A DNA stretch of 64,000 bases from Octopus vulgaris (GCA_951406725.2 OX597820.1:51336001-51400000); one strand, 5' to 3'. Shown: positions 37,575-53,075, counted from the stretch's first letter. Numbers and translations: made by a program. The notes: generated by a model not told the origin, from the sequence alone.

Positions 37575-40360
37575 ATTTTTTTACTTGTTGCCATGACTCC
37601 GACTATTACCACCTTTTTCATCGAGCAAAACTTCTTAAGCTCCCAAGCTAATCTGTCATATTTATTGAATTTTCTTTCTTACTTATCGCATACATTGTTG
37701 TCAGCTGGGCATGCTATATTAATGATCCAGCACTGTTTGCTTTCTTGCTCAACTAAGACTATGTCTTGCTTCCTATTCTCTCTCTCATGGTCGCACTGAA
37801 TCATAAAATCACAGACAGTCTATGTATTTTCATTTTCGATGATGCCTTCGGATTTATGGTCGTACCAATTTTTTGCTCGTTCAAGTCCATACTTGTTGCA
37901 AAGTGTCCAATGGACAAGCCAGGCTATATTGTCGTGGTGTATCTTATATTCCTTCTAGGCCAGTGGCGTACTTTGACTGGTAATACGCCATACAGTTTCG
38001 CAGTTTTGTGCACAAATTTTGCACTTACCACTTTCTGCTGTGTGGTCTATTTTGTATATTATATATTTTGTTCTTAGTACTTGCTCTTGTGCAGCACAGA
38101 CTAGAGCCACCGTTTCCGTTGTTAAATCACTTTTAGTCATCCACAGCCATCTTTCTTCTCTGTCTCACTTATTGTCAACATCCCTATGAAATTGTCCATG
38201 CATTGTTTTCTTTACCAAACTATTTTCAGTTTCATTCGTTTTTAAGACCTTGTGCAGTGCTTTATATTTGCAGTCTTTCATCCTACACAAGCCTGATATT
38301 CTAATAATATCGGTTCTGTGGCATTTATGGCATAACATGCTACGTTTTCTTTTCTACTTTAATAGTGTGTTCGCATCCAATAAGTCCTTGGCACATACAG
38401 TCTGTTTGTGTCACCTTTTGATGGAGTTAGCAAATTCCTTGTCTTTTGGGTGGAGTTAGCAACTTCCTTGTCTTTCTGTCTAAGCTATATAGTTCGTCTA
38501 GTCTCCATGCAATTACCCTGCTCCATATCTAAGGAGTGAAACCACTCAAGTGTTGATCGCTTCAATCTTACTTCCTTCGTTTAATTTCGACTTTGCAGTC
38601 TGTGCAAGTACTCCACCTTAAATTTTTATGTCATTTATTTCTCCATCAATTTATTCATTTCCAAAATCCTCAAGTAGTTATAGCCCGTCTCTTCTATCTG
38701 CTCCATAACCTCCCTCGACATTATCATTAGCCCGTCCATACATTTGATTTTCCCTCTCCTCAAATATAACACCACACTTTCTCAGTCCGAACACCATTCT
38801 GATATGAGCACTGAAAGTATACACGGTATCAACGAGGGAACTGACTTCAGCTTCATCTTTGGGGTCACCCATGAATAACAAATTATTGATTCTTTTGTTT
38901 TTGTGTGTGTCGTTTGAATACATACTCAGCGTATGCTTTCCTCAGGATCAGTATTAGTGGTATCAAGCTCATTACAAATAACAGTGGAGACATGCAGGCC
39001 CCTTCGAAGATGCCCCTCCTGATTTCCACTCTTCCTAATCTTCCGTCCTCCAATACGCCATACATTTCCACGCAATCGCTCAACATTCGATGCAATACCA
39101 AATAAGTTCATGCATTCCATAATCCAAGAATGTAGGATCATATCGTAGACTTACGATACTCGATTCATGACATGGCTACGTTACATTTCTTCGTCTTGCA
39201 GTCTCTAAATACAGATTTATCTATCAAGAGTTGATCATTGGTACTTCTGCACTTACGCTTGCAACCCTTTTTCTCATGTGGCAGGACTTCTTTTTTCCAA
39301 ATGTTCGCACATTGACTCTGTGTGTATTCCAGTCAATAATTTACACATAAATGGCAAACAGGATATCAACCCGTTATTGTCTACCGTATTGTCTTTTTCG
39401 ATGTGTTACTTTGTCGGCATTTAACAAAGAGTTGAGTTGCGCAACTATTCGTACTTGACATTCACAAAATCTTTTGATCCAGTATCCGTGAGCTCCGTCT
39501 GGTCACGTGCCGTCCATTTTCTCATTTTTGCTGATTTACTTCACTTCCCTAACTGAAATGTCTAGTTCTGCTTTTTTTGGACAGACTACTGTGTTTCAAT
39601 TCTTTCAACCACACAGCATCCTTTTTGTGCTCCTTGTCTTTGCTCCACAACCGCTGACTTATATTATTATCTGGTATCAAATTTTCACCTGTACATTCTC
39701 CATTTATTTATTTATACAATCTCTTCTGATCTATTCTGAATAACCTATTCTGGTTGTAACCCTTCATTATTCGGTCGTATCTTACCATCTTTGATTTCTT
39801 TGCAACGAGGTGCTATTTCAGTCCCTCCATTACCACTTTCAGGCCCTTTCTTTGAATATTATACTTCCTTTTCAGTGCCCTATATTTTTGTTCGCTTTCA
39901 AGCTCCCCTTTCTCTTTTCGGTCTTACACAGAAATGTCTTCGAAAGCATATCTAACTCTGCCTGAATTCTTCTTTTCCACCATGGATCTTTTCTTTTGTC
40001 ATTCCCATTATATTTCTTTTCTTTGTCATCAACACACACGTTTTCTGCTACCACAATACGTTTTTGCTTTTGTGAGATTATTTGTTTCTGTGATGTTAGT
40101 TCTGATGTAGTTCAGGATTTCATTGATAGTTTTCGTTTCTTGGTTCAATTTTCACTGGTCAACATTTTTTAAGTTGCAAATAATGTCGCTATCGTTCTCC
40201 TGTAGTCTTGCTTTTATTCTGTCGTAGATTGCCTTGTGCTCATCTGTCATGTCGCCATTAGTTTTAGTGTCATTTTCAGATAATCTATATGTCTCTCCAT
40301 CGTTATGTCTGCTGCTATTTTCCAATACCAGATTTTTTATACCCTCGAGCTCTAATTTTA
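37575..40360 (-). mobile_element. Decayed Dong/R4-clade retrotransposon (copy A)
   Basis: Minus strand: VAENV..DPWWKRRIQ; GIFEGACMSPLLFVMSL; NNLLFMGD (YMDD-like); AAQEQVLRT; CKICAQNCETVWRITSQ (decayed CCHC); DFMIQCDHE..DIVLVEQESKQCWIINIACPAD (PD..D nuclease). Confidence 0.88.
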
Positions 40361-40482
40361 TGAATTGGGAAGAGGTGGTTTTCTTCCAGATGTTTGCGAT
40401 ATTATAGCAGTATTTCATTAACTTTTTCAAGCAGCTTTTTATGTGATCTTGTTAGATATTTTACCCAAAACTTGGGCACCTG

Positions 40483-41251
<769 letters not shown>

Positions 41252-41280
41252 GTTATTATTGTTATTATTATTATTATTAT

Positions 41281-41731
41281 TGAGTGAGAGAGCGGTGCAT
41301 GCCATCAAAGTGACACTGGGGTAAAATATACGAAGCCCAGTATACCCATAATGACTACCCGTCTGATAAGGGTACACCAGGCACATGCATCACAACCATA
41401 TGTGCGCGACATGGTGATCTCATATCAAGATAAACAGCACGTGCTCTTGCAGGTTAGAATTTGCTTCTGGTCGAGTAACCCATCCCGCTCAAAAGGTCCC
41501 TGAATAAGGGTTCTTTCAGGATGTTGAATGAAACACCTATGTTTCCAGTGGTGAATTATTCAAACTCCATAGAATCCCTCTCAACACATGGATATGATGC
41601 TCCCCCACTACTTCCGCTCGTGATCAGAGATGCACATATTGTCAGCCACTAAGGGACATGCTCAACTGGTTAAGGTCAAACAACTGATAAGCAAATCTGT
41701 GGTATTGAGCAGAATATTTGCTGTAGCCCCT
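41281..41731 (-). mobile_element. Same element, copy 2, about 110 bp shorter at the 5' end
   Basis: Aligns with 40632-41082 with scattered substitutions and indels. Confidence 0.85.
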
Positions 41732-41801
41732 CAATTATTATTATTATTATTATTATTATTATCACCATCATCATCATCATCATTATCATCATCATCATCA
41801 C

Positions 41802-41870
<69 letters not shown>

Positions 41871-41871
<1 letters not shown>

Positions 41872-43170
41872 TGGTCGGTTCTAAACAATTTGTTTTGCTG
41901 GTGTGTTTCCAAACCTAGTTAGCTTTGCTTTTTTTATTGCATGTATGGGCTGCTTCAGTCCTTCAATTACAACATTCAGGCCTTTCGTATCAAGACTTTA
42001 CTTCTTTCTAACTTTTTCGAATGTCCATTCATTCTTAATTTCTCCAATTCTTTTCCTCACAGGTATTGACACTACATTCTTCCAAGAGTTTACATCTTCT
42101 GAATTTCTCCTTTTCCATCACAGTTATTTTTTATTTCCTTTTCTATCCGTTGCTGTTCTATTCTCAGGGGTTCTAAATCCCATCCTTTCCGCCACTATCC
42201 TACTAGCAGCCTTCATAAGATTTTTTGTTTGTGTGATTTTGTTTGCTTCAGTGTGTCTCAGTATGTTATCGACTATATTCGTCGTTTGATTTTGTCTCTA
42301 GTGATTAGCCTTCTGATAGTCGCACATCAATTCTGTCCCTTCTCTACTTAATAGATACAAAATTATGTCTATTATTAACCGATTTTCATTGTGTGAGTAG
42401 GCAATGATCTCAGTTCTTTCACAATTCTTTCTTGCGAACAGTTGTTCATCTCTTCCACTGTGTCAGTTTCATTTGTGTCAAGAGCATCCTCATCCGGTGT
42501 GGTTCTTTTAATATCTTCTTGCTCCAATTCTGTTAACCATTCATTATTTCGTATTGCACGTAGCCTCTGTTCAGTAATTCCAAACAGTTCCATTGCCTTC
42601 CACTCAGTGTACATTCGTTTTCTGTACCCTCTATCAGGCACGCCATTTTGGGTACTCCGGTAGTAACATTCCATAAGCATCACAATTACTTGTTTACTCC
42701 GCTTATGTCTTGTAGTATGGTTAGCAGAAGCTGGATCATGGCAGGACCCACCCTGCTGCATAGTGAGGCAGCTGCCGTGTGCAGCATCTTCACCATTATT
42801 TCCAGTCCAGTTCACACCGTTATCGTCATCTATCTTGCTTGGGATTTTCACTCACAAATGAGGTTACTGCCAAGTGGTATTTTTCTCGAGACACACTTTC
42901 TATCAAGGTAGTCTGCCAAGGCTCTAGGGCCCTTGCTGCCCTAGTTTTGAACTCAGAGTGCTCCTTCTCCTAGGCTACTTGCTATCCAAAGCTAACCTGT
43001 ACACCCTACCCGGATTACTGGCTATTTGAAGGAGCCAGATACTCGTCTTTAGCCACACATTTGTTGGTTTGGCGAAGGAGTCGGGTTTGACAGTCAGAAA
43101 ACAGGTCTTGCGCAAGCCATTTTGCATTTTATAAGCGATGGAGCTTTCAACGCCCCTCATCCCCCCGGTA
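41871..43170 (-). mobile_element. 5' portion of another Dong/R4 element (copy D)
   Basis: ORF 42375..42851 has MECYYRS..RGYRKRMYTEW..EQRLRAIRNNEWLTELE (Dong N-terminal domain), then RIVAERMG..WWKRR; GC-richer putative 5' UTR at 42850-43170. Confidence 0.8.
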
Positions 43171-43282
43171 TTGACAGATAATTAAAAATAAATAAATGAA
43201 TATTAATAATTAATAAAATAGAATAGAATATATAAAAATAAATACAGAAAATGTAATATTAAAATAATAATAAAAACTCAAA

Positions 43283-43321
<39 letters not shown>

Positions 43322-43326
43322 GAGAT

Positions 43327-43358
<32 letters not shown>

Positions 43359-43444
43359 GCAGGCAGAAAAGCTAAATGAACGAAGGAGGAAAGGCAATCA
43401 AGTACGGATGGAGAGGGATATTATGATTGTTGTTGTTTTTGTTA

Positions 43445-43970
43445 TAAAGGCTGAATTTTCATCACGTTGGACTAAATATTTAGTGTCATTTTTTCCGACT
43501 TTTTAAAATTTCGACTTCAAATTTGGCGAGGTTCAAGTCTGGAATTCATCCTTTCGCGGTCGGTCAAATTCGTACTAAGTGACCACTAGGATCATTGTAA
43601 TTGACCAAATGCCCTTCCAAAATTCCATGCCTAAATAATTAGTTATATTATTACATTTTTTTTATTAAACCTGTTTATAAGCAACACCATCACAAACTCA
43701 CATACACAAACACACTCACACACAAATACACACACACAAACACATACAGTCACATGAACGCACATACACAGACGCACACACACATGCACATATACAATGC
43801 GTCGTCCTTAATAATTTTACTTAGTGTAAAACATTTGTGGTTTATAAAATAAAACATCATATCATCATCATCATTATTATTATGGAAGATCCTTAATGGC
43901 ATTTCGTCCGTCTCCACGTTCAGAGTTCAAACTCTGCCGTGGTCGCCAGTATTCCAGGGATACGATAAAG
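43445..43970 (+). mobile_element. Two decayed or partial ~210-bp SINE copies (about 43445-43640 and 43890-43970)
   Basis: GGCATTTCGTCCGTCTCCACGTTCAGAGTTCAAA and TTCATCCTTTCGCGGTCG motifs. Confidence 0.55.
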
Positions 43971-44931
43971 GGATATTTCTATGATATGTATGTACTTTTT
44001 CTACTAGCTCTGTTTTTATTTATTTATATCAATAATTTTTATTTTATTTATATTATTTCATTATACAGTGCATTTCCCTGATGCCTCTCGGCTTTCTGTG
44101 TGGTTTTCAAGTAACGTGCTTACATGTACCCATCAAATTTCTTCACCCTATACTCTTGAGCTCCATTTGGACTACAACCTCCCAATCTCTTATACTTTAA
44201 CTTACACGTTAAACTTCCTCCCAGCTTAACTTAACGTATCCTTACTGAGGATATATATTGATCTCTTTCATGTTGTGTAGACATTCTGCGTCAGCGATGT
44301 TTCTCTTTCCATCATATATAGTTCCAGAATAGTTGACTATATTCCGTAATTGGTGTGCACGTAGCTTTGTCTGTTTCTCCATTTATTTGATGTATTTGAC
44401 GTCTGTCATTTGAGGAACTCAATTGGTCTCCATCTTTTATTCATTATTAACAATGCGACGTTCTTCTGTATTGTCCTCCTCTTTGTATAATTTTATCCGA
44501 ATTATTTCCAGTTATAAACCTGTTTACCAACATTTCTTTCGTATCATTCTGGCCGGGTCACGTAATCTTTCCTATTGTATTTTCAATATCTCCCGTTGCT
44601 GACATTATCGGATGTCCATTACTAACTTCTTCTATTGGCCATCCATATTCAACTCTGATTGGATTCCTCTATTAGCACTCCCCGGATATTGCATTAATTG
44701 TTTGTCCCACTTTTTCCTCCAATTTTTATATGATAGATGTCACAGTTCGTCAACTGGACATAACCAGCTTCTGAACGAAGCACATGCAGGGTGGAACACT
44801 CTCATTTCCGATGTCAATCCCTTTTACAACGTTATTTACAGTTTTTCTTTCAGATATTCCACACACTGACTTTAATTTGTTTTGTACATCACTATAGTAC
44901 CGACCAATATTCAGAAACATTCCATCCACCC

Positions 44932-45940
<1,009 letters not shown>

Positions 45941-48235
45941 GCGATAATAAATCTCTGGATTTGATTCGAATTTTATTGTGCAATTTATTTTCGGCAGTTT
46001 GGGCTATTTCTAGTCTAAACTATGTTATTACACGTTTAAGTTTATGATGCATATCCATTTATTATCTAAACCAGCAGGTTTAAAGACAGCAAGGGCAATG
46101 AAATGAAGAAAATAAAATGAAAGACCCTCAACTCCAATAGAATGCAATGCATAACGTAATACATTATGAATACTAAATGGATTGCATTCTTTTATATATT
46201 ATGGCGTTTTGGCGATGTAGTAGCAGAATAAATGCAATGAACTCATGCCAGCAGCTTAATAAGTTCATGACCTATAAAATATATTTAACTGGACTCTTCA
46301 ACTTATTACATGAAATTGATATTGCTAAAGGTACACAAATATGGTGAGTATTATTTAGTGCTGGTCAGGTTGAGCTACTTGAATATGAATATATATATTC
46401 ACAATATACATGGTGTAGAAGAGATGATGTAAACGGGCGAATGATATTCGAGCAGAATTCAAAATTATTATCGATTAATTCCAACCTACTATTTGCAGCT
46501 CAATAAATAGATAAACAAAGACACAAGCAACTATAGAATATATATAGATAATTCGAATCTTAAGTTTCTGGCATCCATTGAAACATTGTTTCATTCAGTT
46601 CATTTGTTTTGTATTTAAACTATTGATGTTTCTATATTTGCTGTAATTTCATATAAATATATCTAAGTTTCAGGTTTTAAATATATAGACATGAGCGCTT
46701 TAGATTTTATATTGCATTTATGTTATTTGTTTCCTCTTGTATTTAAGATAAGAATAACATTATAGAGCCATGTTATAACTGTGTCTGGTCACAAAGTGAA
46801 AATAATGTCTTATGTAAATTAATCAGAAATAGAATTCAATCGTACATTCATTGTATTAGTTTCCTTTATACAAAATTATAAATCTATTACTAGTTTTGTT
46901 TTCCTTTTAACTTATCTTAAGCAATATAGTAATAATAAAGCAAAGTAAGAATAAATTAATGAGTATTATGTATTAAATTATGTATGAGGTCTTTTTTCCA
47001 TTTTCTGTATTCTCTGTTTTTATTCAGTTCTATTTAGGATGAGTCGCTACAGATTGAGGTGATAAGATAGCGAAACATTGCGACAATACTTATTATTCTA
47101 TTCAAAGTACTTCGTAGCTCCATTGCTAGATTCTTTAACTGTTTGCCATGCGAAATAATACATTTTCTCTCAGCGTATCGATTCCATTTCTGAAGTTCCT
47201 TAGCTTTGAAGAACCACTTCTCAGTTACTATTATTCCCAGGTCTATTTTGACCCGGAGTTGTAGACCCTTAGAGTCCCAACTGTGAGTTAACTAGCATGT
47301 GAACCAATAGTAGTGAAGGGATCTTAGTTCTCGTTAGAATTTCTTTCTAGGTGAAATTAAACTCACATGAAAATAAAAGCGGCTGAACTGCAGTACATTT
47401 CTAGTTGTCTCAAACACTAATGTTGCAGTTGATTGTATTAAAAAGGTGGTTTAGTGCTCTGTGACACTTTATGCACTAAAAAAAATTCCACGGACAGGAA
47501 ATATTGAGACTCTCAGATCATTAACACTAATTTTCTGAGTGAACGAAGTGGTCATACTCAGACAGAAGTTGACTTCCCCAGATACACACACAAACACACA
47601 CACAAACACACACACTATATCTATCTATATGAATATCTATTTCCCCATTTATCAATCTATCTACCTTGTTCCTATTTATTTTCCTATTTCCATCTCATTA
47701 TCACTCTGTCTTTACCCCACATTCTCTCTTTGTGTTTCATTTTACTCCTTTTCTCTCTCTCTCTCTCACGCACAAGCGCGCGCACACAACACACACACAC
47801 ACACACACACACACCCTCACCCACACATACACACACACAAACACACGCCTGAATACAGATAGTTGTTAAACAGTGTTTCAACCGAAATTATCCAGAAACA
47901 TCCGAGGTATTCCTTTTTAGTATTTATTGGCAAACGTCAATACGTTATCGTCTGCTAAATTCTTAACTTCATATCACATTTGTTTCCTGAAGAATACGTC
48001 TAAAATCAACATTGAAGTGCATTATTAAATTCATTGAAAAATATTCATTTATTTTCTACTTCTAATGAAATTTTCTCAGCTAGTCACTTCTCATGAACTT
48101 AGAAAGACATATTTCTGGAGAAGAAATTCGTATCATATAGTCTTATAACTTGAGATTATTGTGTCTCACCCTACTCCCCGATGAGTCCATCTCAAGCCAA
48201 AAGTGAAGGCAGTTATTAAATACATTGACAAATAT

Positions 48236-48637
48236 TCTTTTCTGCTCTAGCCACAAGGCCCGAAACTTTGGTGCGGGGAGTGGGTCAGTCGATTATATCG
48301 ATCCAGTACTCAACTGGTACTTATTTTATCGACCACGAAAGGATGAAAAGCAAAGTCGACCTCGGCGGTAGTTGAACTCAGAACGTAACGGCAGACGAAA
48401 TACCTATTTCTTAACTTCCCACAAGGGGCTACACACAGAGGGGACAAACAAGGACAGACAAACGGATTAAGTCGATTATATCGCCCCGAGTGCGTAACTG
48501 GTACTTATTTAATCGACCCCGAAATGTTGAAAGGCAAAGTCGACTTCGGCGGGATTTGAACTCAGAACGTAAAGACAGACAAAATACCACTAAGCATTTC
48601 ACCCAGCGTGGTATGGTTTCTGCCATCTCGCCACCTT
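48236..48637 (-). mobile_element. Two adjacent copies of the ~210-bp SINE
   Basis: Two repeats of CAACTGGTACTTATTT.ATCGACC.CGAAA..TGAAA.GCAAAGTCGAC..CGGCGG..TTGAACTCAGAACGTAA. Confidence 0.8.
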
Positions 48638-49256
48638 AAGTTCATTGACAAATATTGAAACTATGTTAACATATATCTTTTATAAACCAATAGATGACGG
48701 CAACTGCATGTTCGGAATTTACTGTAAATACTGTATTTTATCTTTGAGACAGAACAATGTGTCTCACTATTGAACCTGCTAGCTAACTTGGCCCTCAGAA
48801 TTCACCAATTTCTCTACGGCTCAGCAATATGTTTTCATCAAAATATTTCTCGCTTTCAGCATTTGATTCACCAAGTCTGCTCCATCTACAGTATTCTGAG
48901 TTTCCGCTTAACGATCTTTATTCTCCTCCTTTCTGCCGACTACATGTCAAACGTTCTCAAGCTGTTCTCTCTATTTTACACTCCGTCTCTTCATATTTCT
49001 ACTCCGTTTTTCCGATTAGGTCTTTCATATCAACATCCTGCTGGCTATTTCTTTAACACCTGTGAATAATAACACAAACTAACGTAATTTTCTGAAATAT
49101 AGCTTCCGAGGTAAGATCCAGCGAAAATTCAGTTTGGCAAGTAAACGGTAACGATGCATGTGTGAGTATGTTCATAATACATACACACACACGCACGTAC
49201 TCACTCACACACGCACGTGTGTATGTATGTGTATGTATATATTCATATGTATGTAC

Positions 49257-49301
<45 letters not shown>

Positions 49302-49497
49302 AGAATAATAAACAAAAATGTTTCTTGGTACAGTATAATATATTTGAAAAAACTGAGTAGAGATGGTTTTCGTGGAGATAAATTTTATTTTAATGATAAT
49401 GTTTCCATGGAAACATTACCATTTAAATAAAAATTATCCCCGCCAAACCCATCTCTACTCATTTCTACCAATATATATATATATATATATATATATA

Positions 49498-49700
49498 CAG
49501 TGTGCAGTGGATAAATTGTAGCCTAAATTACGCAAAAATGAAAATAGCACTGATATCCCATTTTAAAAGATATATTTACAGAAATTAAATAAAAATATCT
49601 AAAGATTGAATTCGTTGAATAAATTCGCCGTTGGCTTCGATCACAGCCTCCAGATATCTGCGGAATCACCGTAACATTCTGAACGGTGTCGTTATTTAAG
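49498..49700 (-). mobile_element. Tc1/mariner-superfamily 3' end
   Basis: TA-CAGTG terminus; minus strand reads FRRYLEAVIEANGEFIQ. Confidence 0.6.
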
Positions 49701-49888
49701 CATGTTCAGTGGGAGGGGATGCTTGCGTTTGTGCCAAAGCTTTCTAGCGGGGTCTTCCTCTTGCCTTTGATGGCTTGGAATAGGAATTTGCCTTTTCTCA
49801 TCTTGTAAGAGGAATAGTGAATAACTTCATTCATTGCCTGCCACATAAGGATAGATAGATTGATAGGTCGGTAAGTAGGTAATTAGGT

Positions 49889-49935
<47 letters not shown>

Positions 49936-50022
49936 TAGTAGATAGATAGATAGATAGATATAGATTAGGTATATGCAGATAGGCAGAGAGATAGGCAGTT
50001 AGGTAGGTAGATAGATAGATAC

Positions 50023-50096
<74 letters not shown>

Positions 50097-50109
50097 GGAT
50101 AGATAGTTT

Positions 50110-51805
50110 GAATTAGATGACCTGGAGAGACATTTTAAACCAAGTTGCAGCACACCATGGACAACGGAAAGCAATATCATCTATTTCCCTTCTACCACCC
50201 AAAGCATACTAAAATAAACATACGGTCCAACATAGCAAGAACAATTTTCATGATATACGTCAAATCTCGAAATCCAAGAAAAGCGATTCCAAGAACTTAA
50301 AAAAAACACATTACTAGATACAAAATACACGACTAGATTAATCAAAAACGGAATAGAACGTACAAAAGTGATAGACATCCAAGAATTACGGAAAACAACA
50401 AAACACTATAACATACTTAAAACTTTATCTTATGTATCAACTCAAAATCCGAGGAACGTGGAAGCATACAACATCATCCACCGAAACATACCCCGCCTTA
50501 TGAAGAAACTGCGAATGAAAAAGTCACTAGAAACACACAGGATTATTAAAAGCACGAGACAGCCACATTCCCTAAAATAGTTACTCACTAGCGCCAAATT
50601 AGGCACCAAAAATACAACCCCACTAATCAAAGAGTGCAACTGCTCTAACTACGACTGCGGAACTTGCATCTTCCTCTTAGTGGGCTCAACATACAAATTA
50701 CGTAAGGTCAACTGTTACCATAAAAAATCGCTTTCACTATGCATCGAAGAACTTACTCTGTGTTCTTAAATATGAAGGATGTGGTGGCGACTACATTGGT
50801 CAAACTCGTTTGATATCGAGGAACAGAATAACGGTAGACAGGCAGCAAATCCGAGACTCCACAACAAGGAAAATTCCCGTAAGCAAACACCTAGACCAAT
50901 AAATAAACATAAATCCAATAAACATAAATCCGAAATACCAAATATTACCTCTCCATCAATAACGCGGAAACACTTCAAACCAATTCTGCTTAAATAAGGA
51001 AAGCAGACTCATTAAAAATATATACCACAGTTGAATATCCTTTAGAATGAAAAAAAAACAGTCAAAAGATAACGGAAAAAAAAACACTCAATTTTTCCTC
51101 AAAATCACAATGAAGAACAAAAAACAATTTTATAATCTTTAGTAACAGTTTCCATCCGGGTTTCGAAACCGCAACTCCATACAATAACATTATACAAACG
51201 CCAGCTGCCGACGTCATCTATCTCTAGACCAATGAAATTTTACAAACACCTGTTGCTAACGTCACCTAAGTCTAGATCAATCAAAACCGACCCTTTATGA
51301 GAATCAATGACCCTGTATGAGAATCAACCAACCGGAACGACTGACGACCGTTGCCCACAGCAGGGAAGCCAACCAGGCAGAACAACGAACTTGAGCACCG
51401 GAAAAACAAGACGTCACCAGCACTTTAACGAATCAAAAACCAGATCTGCTCGCGGAAAAATTATAAATAGACTGGATTCCAAAACACAACCTTACACGAG
51501 AAAGTTCCTACACACCCTGCACACCATGGAAAGGGGATAAGAGAAATTGTAAACCCAAACCCTTTTTTTTACTGTCTTAATTTTTCCATTGATTTCTTAA
51601 CTCACTTAACTCAGTATGACTTAAACTTTGATGATATTCATTTCTTGTCGTTCACAACTAGAACTAATGAGCTTAAACATTCAAACAATTATTTACTGTT
51701 ATAAACATTTTCATTTGTCAACATTGAAACTTTTAAAGATGTTTTTCTAATTAATAATTCTAAATTTTTACCATTGATAAACAAAAAATATTGTTGAAAC
51801 TCATT
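50110..51805 (+). mobile_element. Decayed Penelope-like element: RT C-terminus, GIY-YIG region and 3' region
   Basis: Broken frames give HPKHTKINI..NIAR; ELRK..LSYVSTQNP; IIKSTRQPHSLK.LLT; C..C..C linker; YIGQT (ACATTGGTCAAACT at ~50793). Confidence 0.75.
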
Positions 51806-51823
51806 TTATATATATATATATAA

Positions 51824-51897
<74 letters not shown>

Positions 51898-51899
51898 GT

Positions 51900-51935
<36 letters not shown>

Positions 51936-51936
51936 G

Positions 51937-51983
<47 letters not shown>

Positions 51984-52071
51984 TTATTTATTCTAAAAAA
52001 TTACAAGTTCTTCAAATTTAGTAGCATTTTCAAAGATGAATTTGCCTTCGTGGAAATGCACACCTTTTGGG

Positions 52072-52138
<67 letters not shown>

Positions 52139-52288
52139 TATATAGAAGGAGTTACAGGACTAGTACTGTTTCATTCAATGAAACAGTACTAGTCCTGTAG
52201 AAGCTCCTTCTATATAATAAATTAATTTTACTCTGCTATGTATTGAGTACCTTACTTACTGTGGTTAACCCCGAATCAACCCGGGACC

Positions 52289-52328
<40 letters not shown>

Positions 52329-52355
52329 TTATGGAGAAAGCTGCTTATGAAATAT

Positions 52356-52930
52356 AATTGGTCATTCCAAGTATCGAGTCTATACACAGTGGTTTTGAAT
52401 CAAAGATTTTTCTTAAAGTAAAAACATTAAAGAAAAACCTTTGATTCAAAAACTCTCTGCATAGACTCGATACTTGGAATGAACAATTTTAAATACTTTT
52501 GGATTTTACTCATAAAGTATTGGAATCTTATATGTATAACATTTTGCCTTAAAAATGGATCTACAAATTCAATGTCCCTACATATCTCACATCTATTTTC
52601 TTTCCTCCACCACAATCTCTATTTGTTACTATATCAAATTAAGTATTTCTTAACTATTCTCTCACACCGTATCTGATGAAGGGATATAATAAATATCCAG
52701 GAAACAGCTGTAAGACCTTCTATATATAAATGTTCTAAAATGAACAAAGCCTTGGTTTTTTATCTCATTAGGCAAAAATTACTTATATACACACTCTGAC
52801 ATATGACCAACTTTGAACCCCTTATTCGCAAAATCACTGAACAAGGAACTTAACTTTGGTCTATCTATAGCACTTATTCAGCATTACCTGACACCTTTTG
52901 TCTCAATGATACCATTACTCTCATAAACTA
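52356..52930 (+). mobile_element. 5'-truncated Penelope-like 3' end with a 5' fold-back and a hammerhead-bearing pseudo-LTR
   Basis: Inverted repeat 52356-52414 / 52429-52488; right arm encodes KEKPLIQKL..GMN (GIY-YIG C-terminus-like); hammerhead motif downstream. Confidence 0.65.
52669..52716 (+). ncRNA. Minimal type I hammerhead ribozyme motif, partly decayed
   Basis: GUAU-CUGAUGA-AG-GGAUAU(AAUAA)AUAUCC-AG-GAAA-CAGCUG-UA-AGAC: intact core, 6-bp stem II, palindromic ACAGCUGU stem III, GUA triplet; stem I has 3 of 4 pairs. Confidence 0.65.
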
Positions 52931-53021
52931 TATATGTGTGTGTGTGTGTGTACATTACAAACGCAATCACATACACACATATATATGCATAAGTATATAT
53001 ATCTATATATATCTATATCTA

Positions 53022-53075
<54 letters not shown>

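Noticed and set aside
42850-43170. HDV-like or hammerhead ribozyme in the Dong D 5' UTR (GGATGAG...GAAAGCTC)
   Set aside because: Core is GGATGA rather than CTGATGA, stems do not pair, and I could not build an HDV pseudoknot by eye
51765-51805. TTGATAA-ACAA..TTGT-TGAAAC at the Penelope 3' end as a hammerhead
   Set aside because: Position fits, but two core bases and stems I and III are lost; too decayed to call
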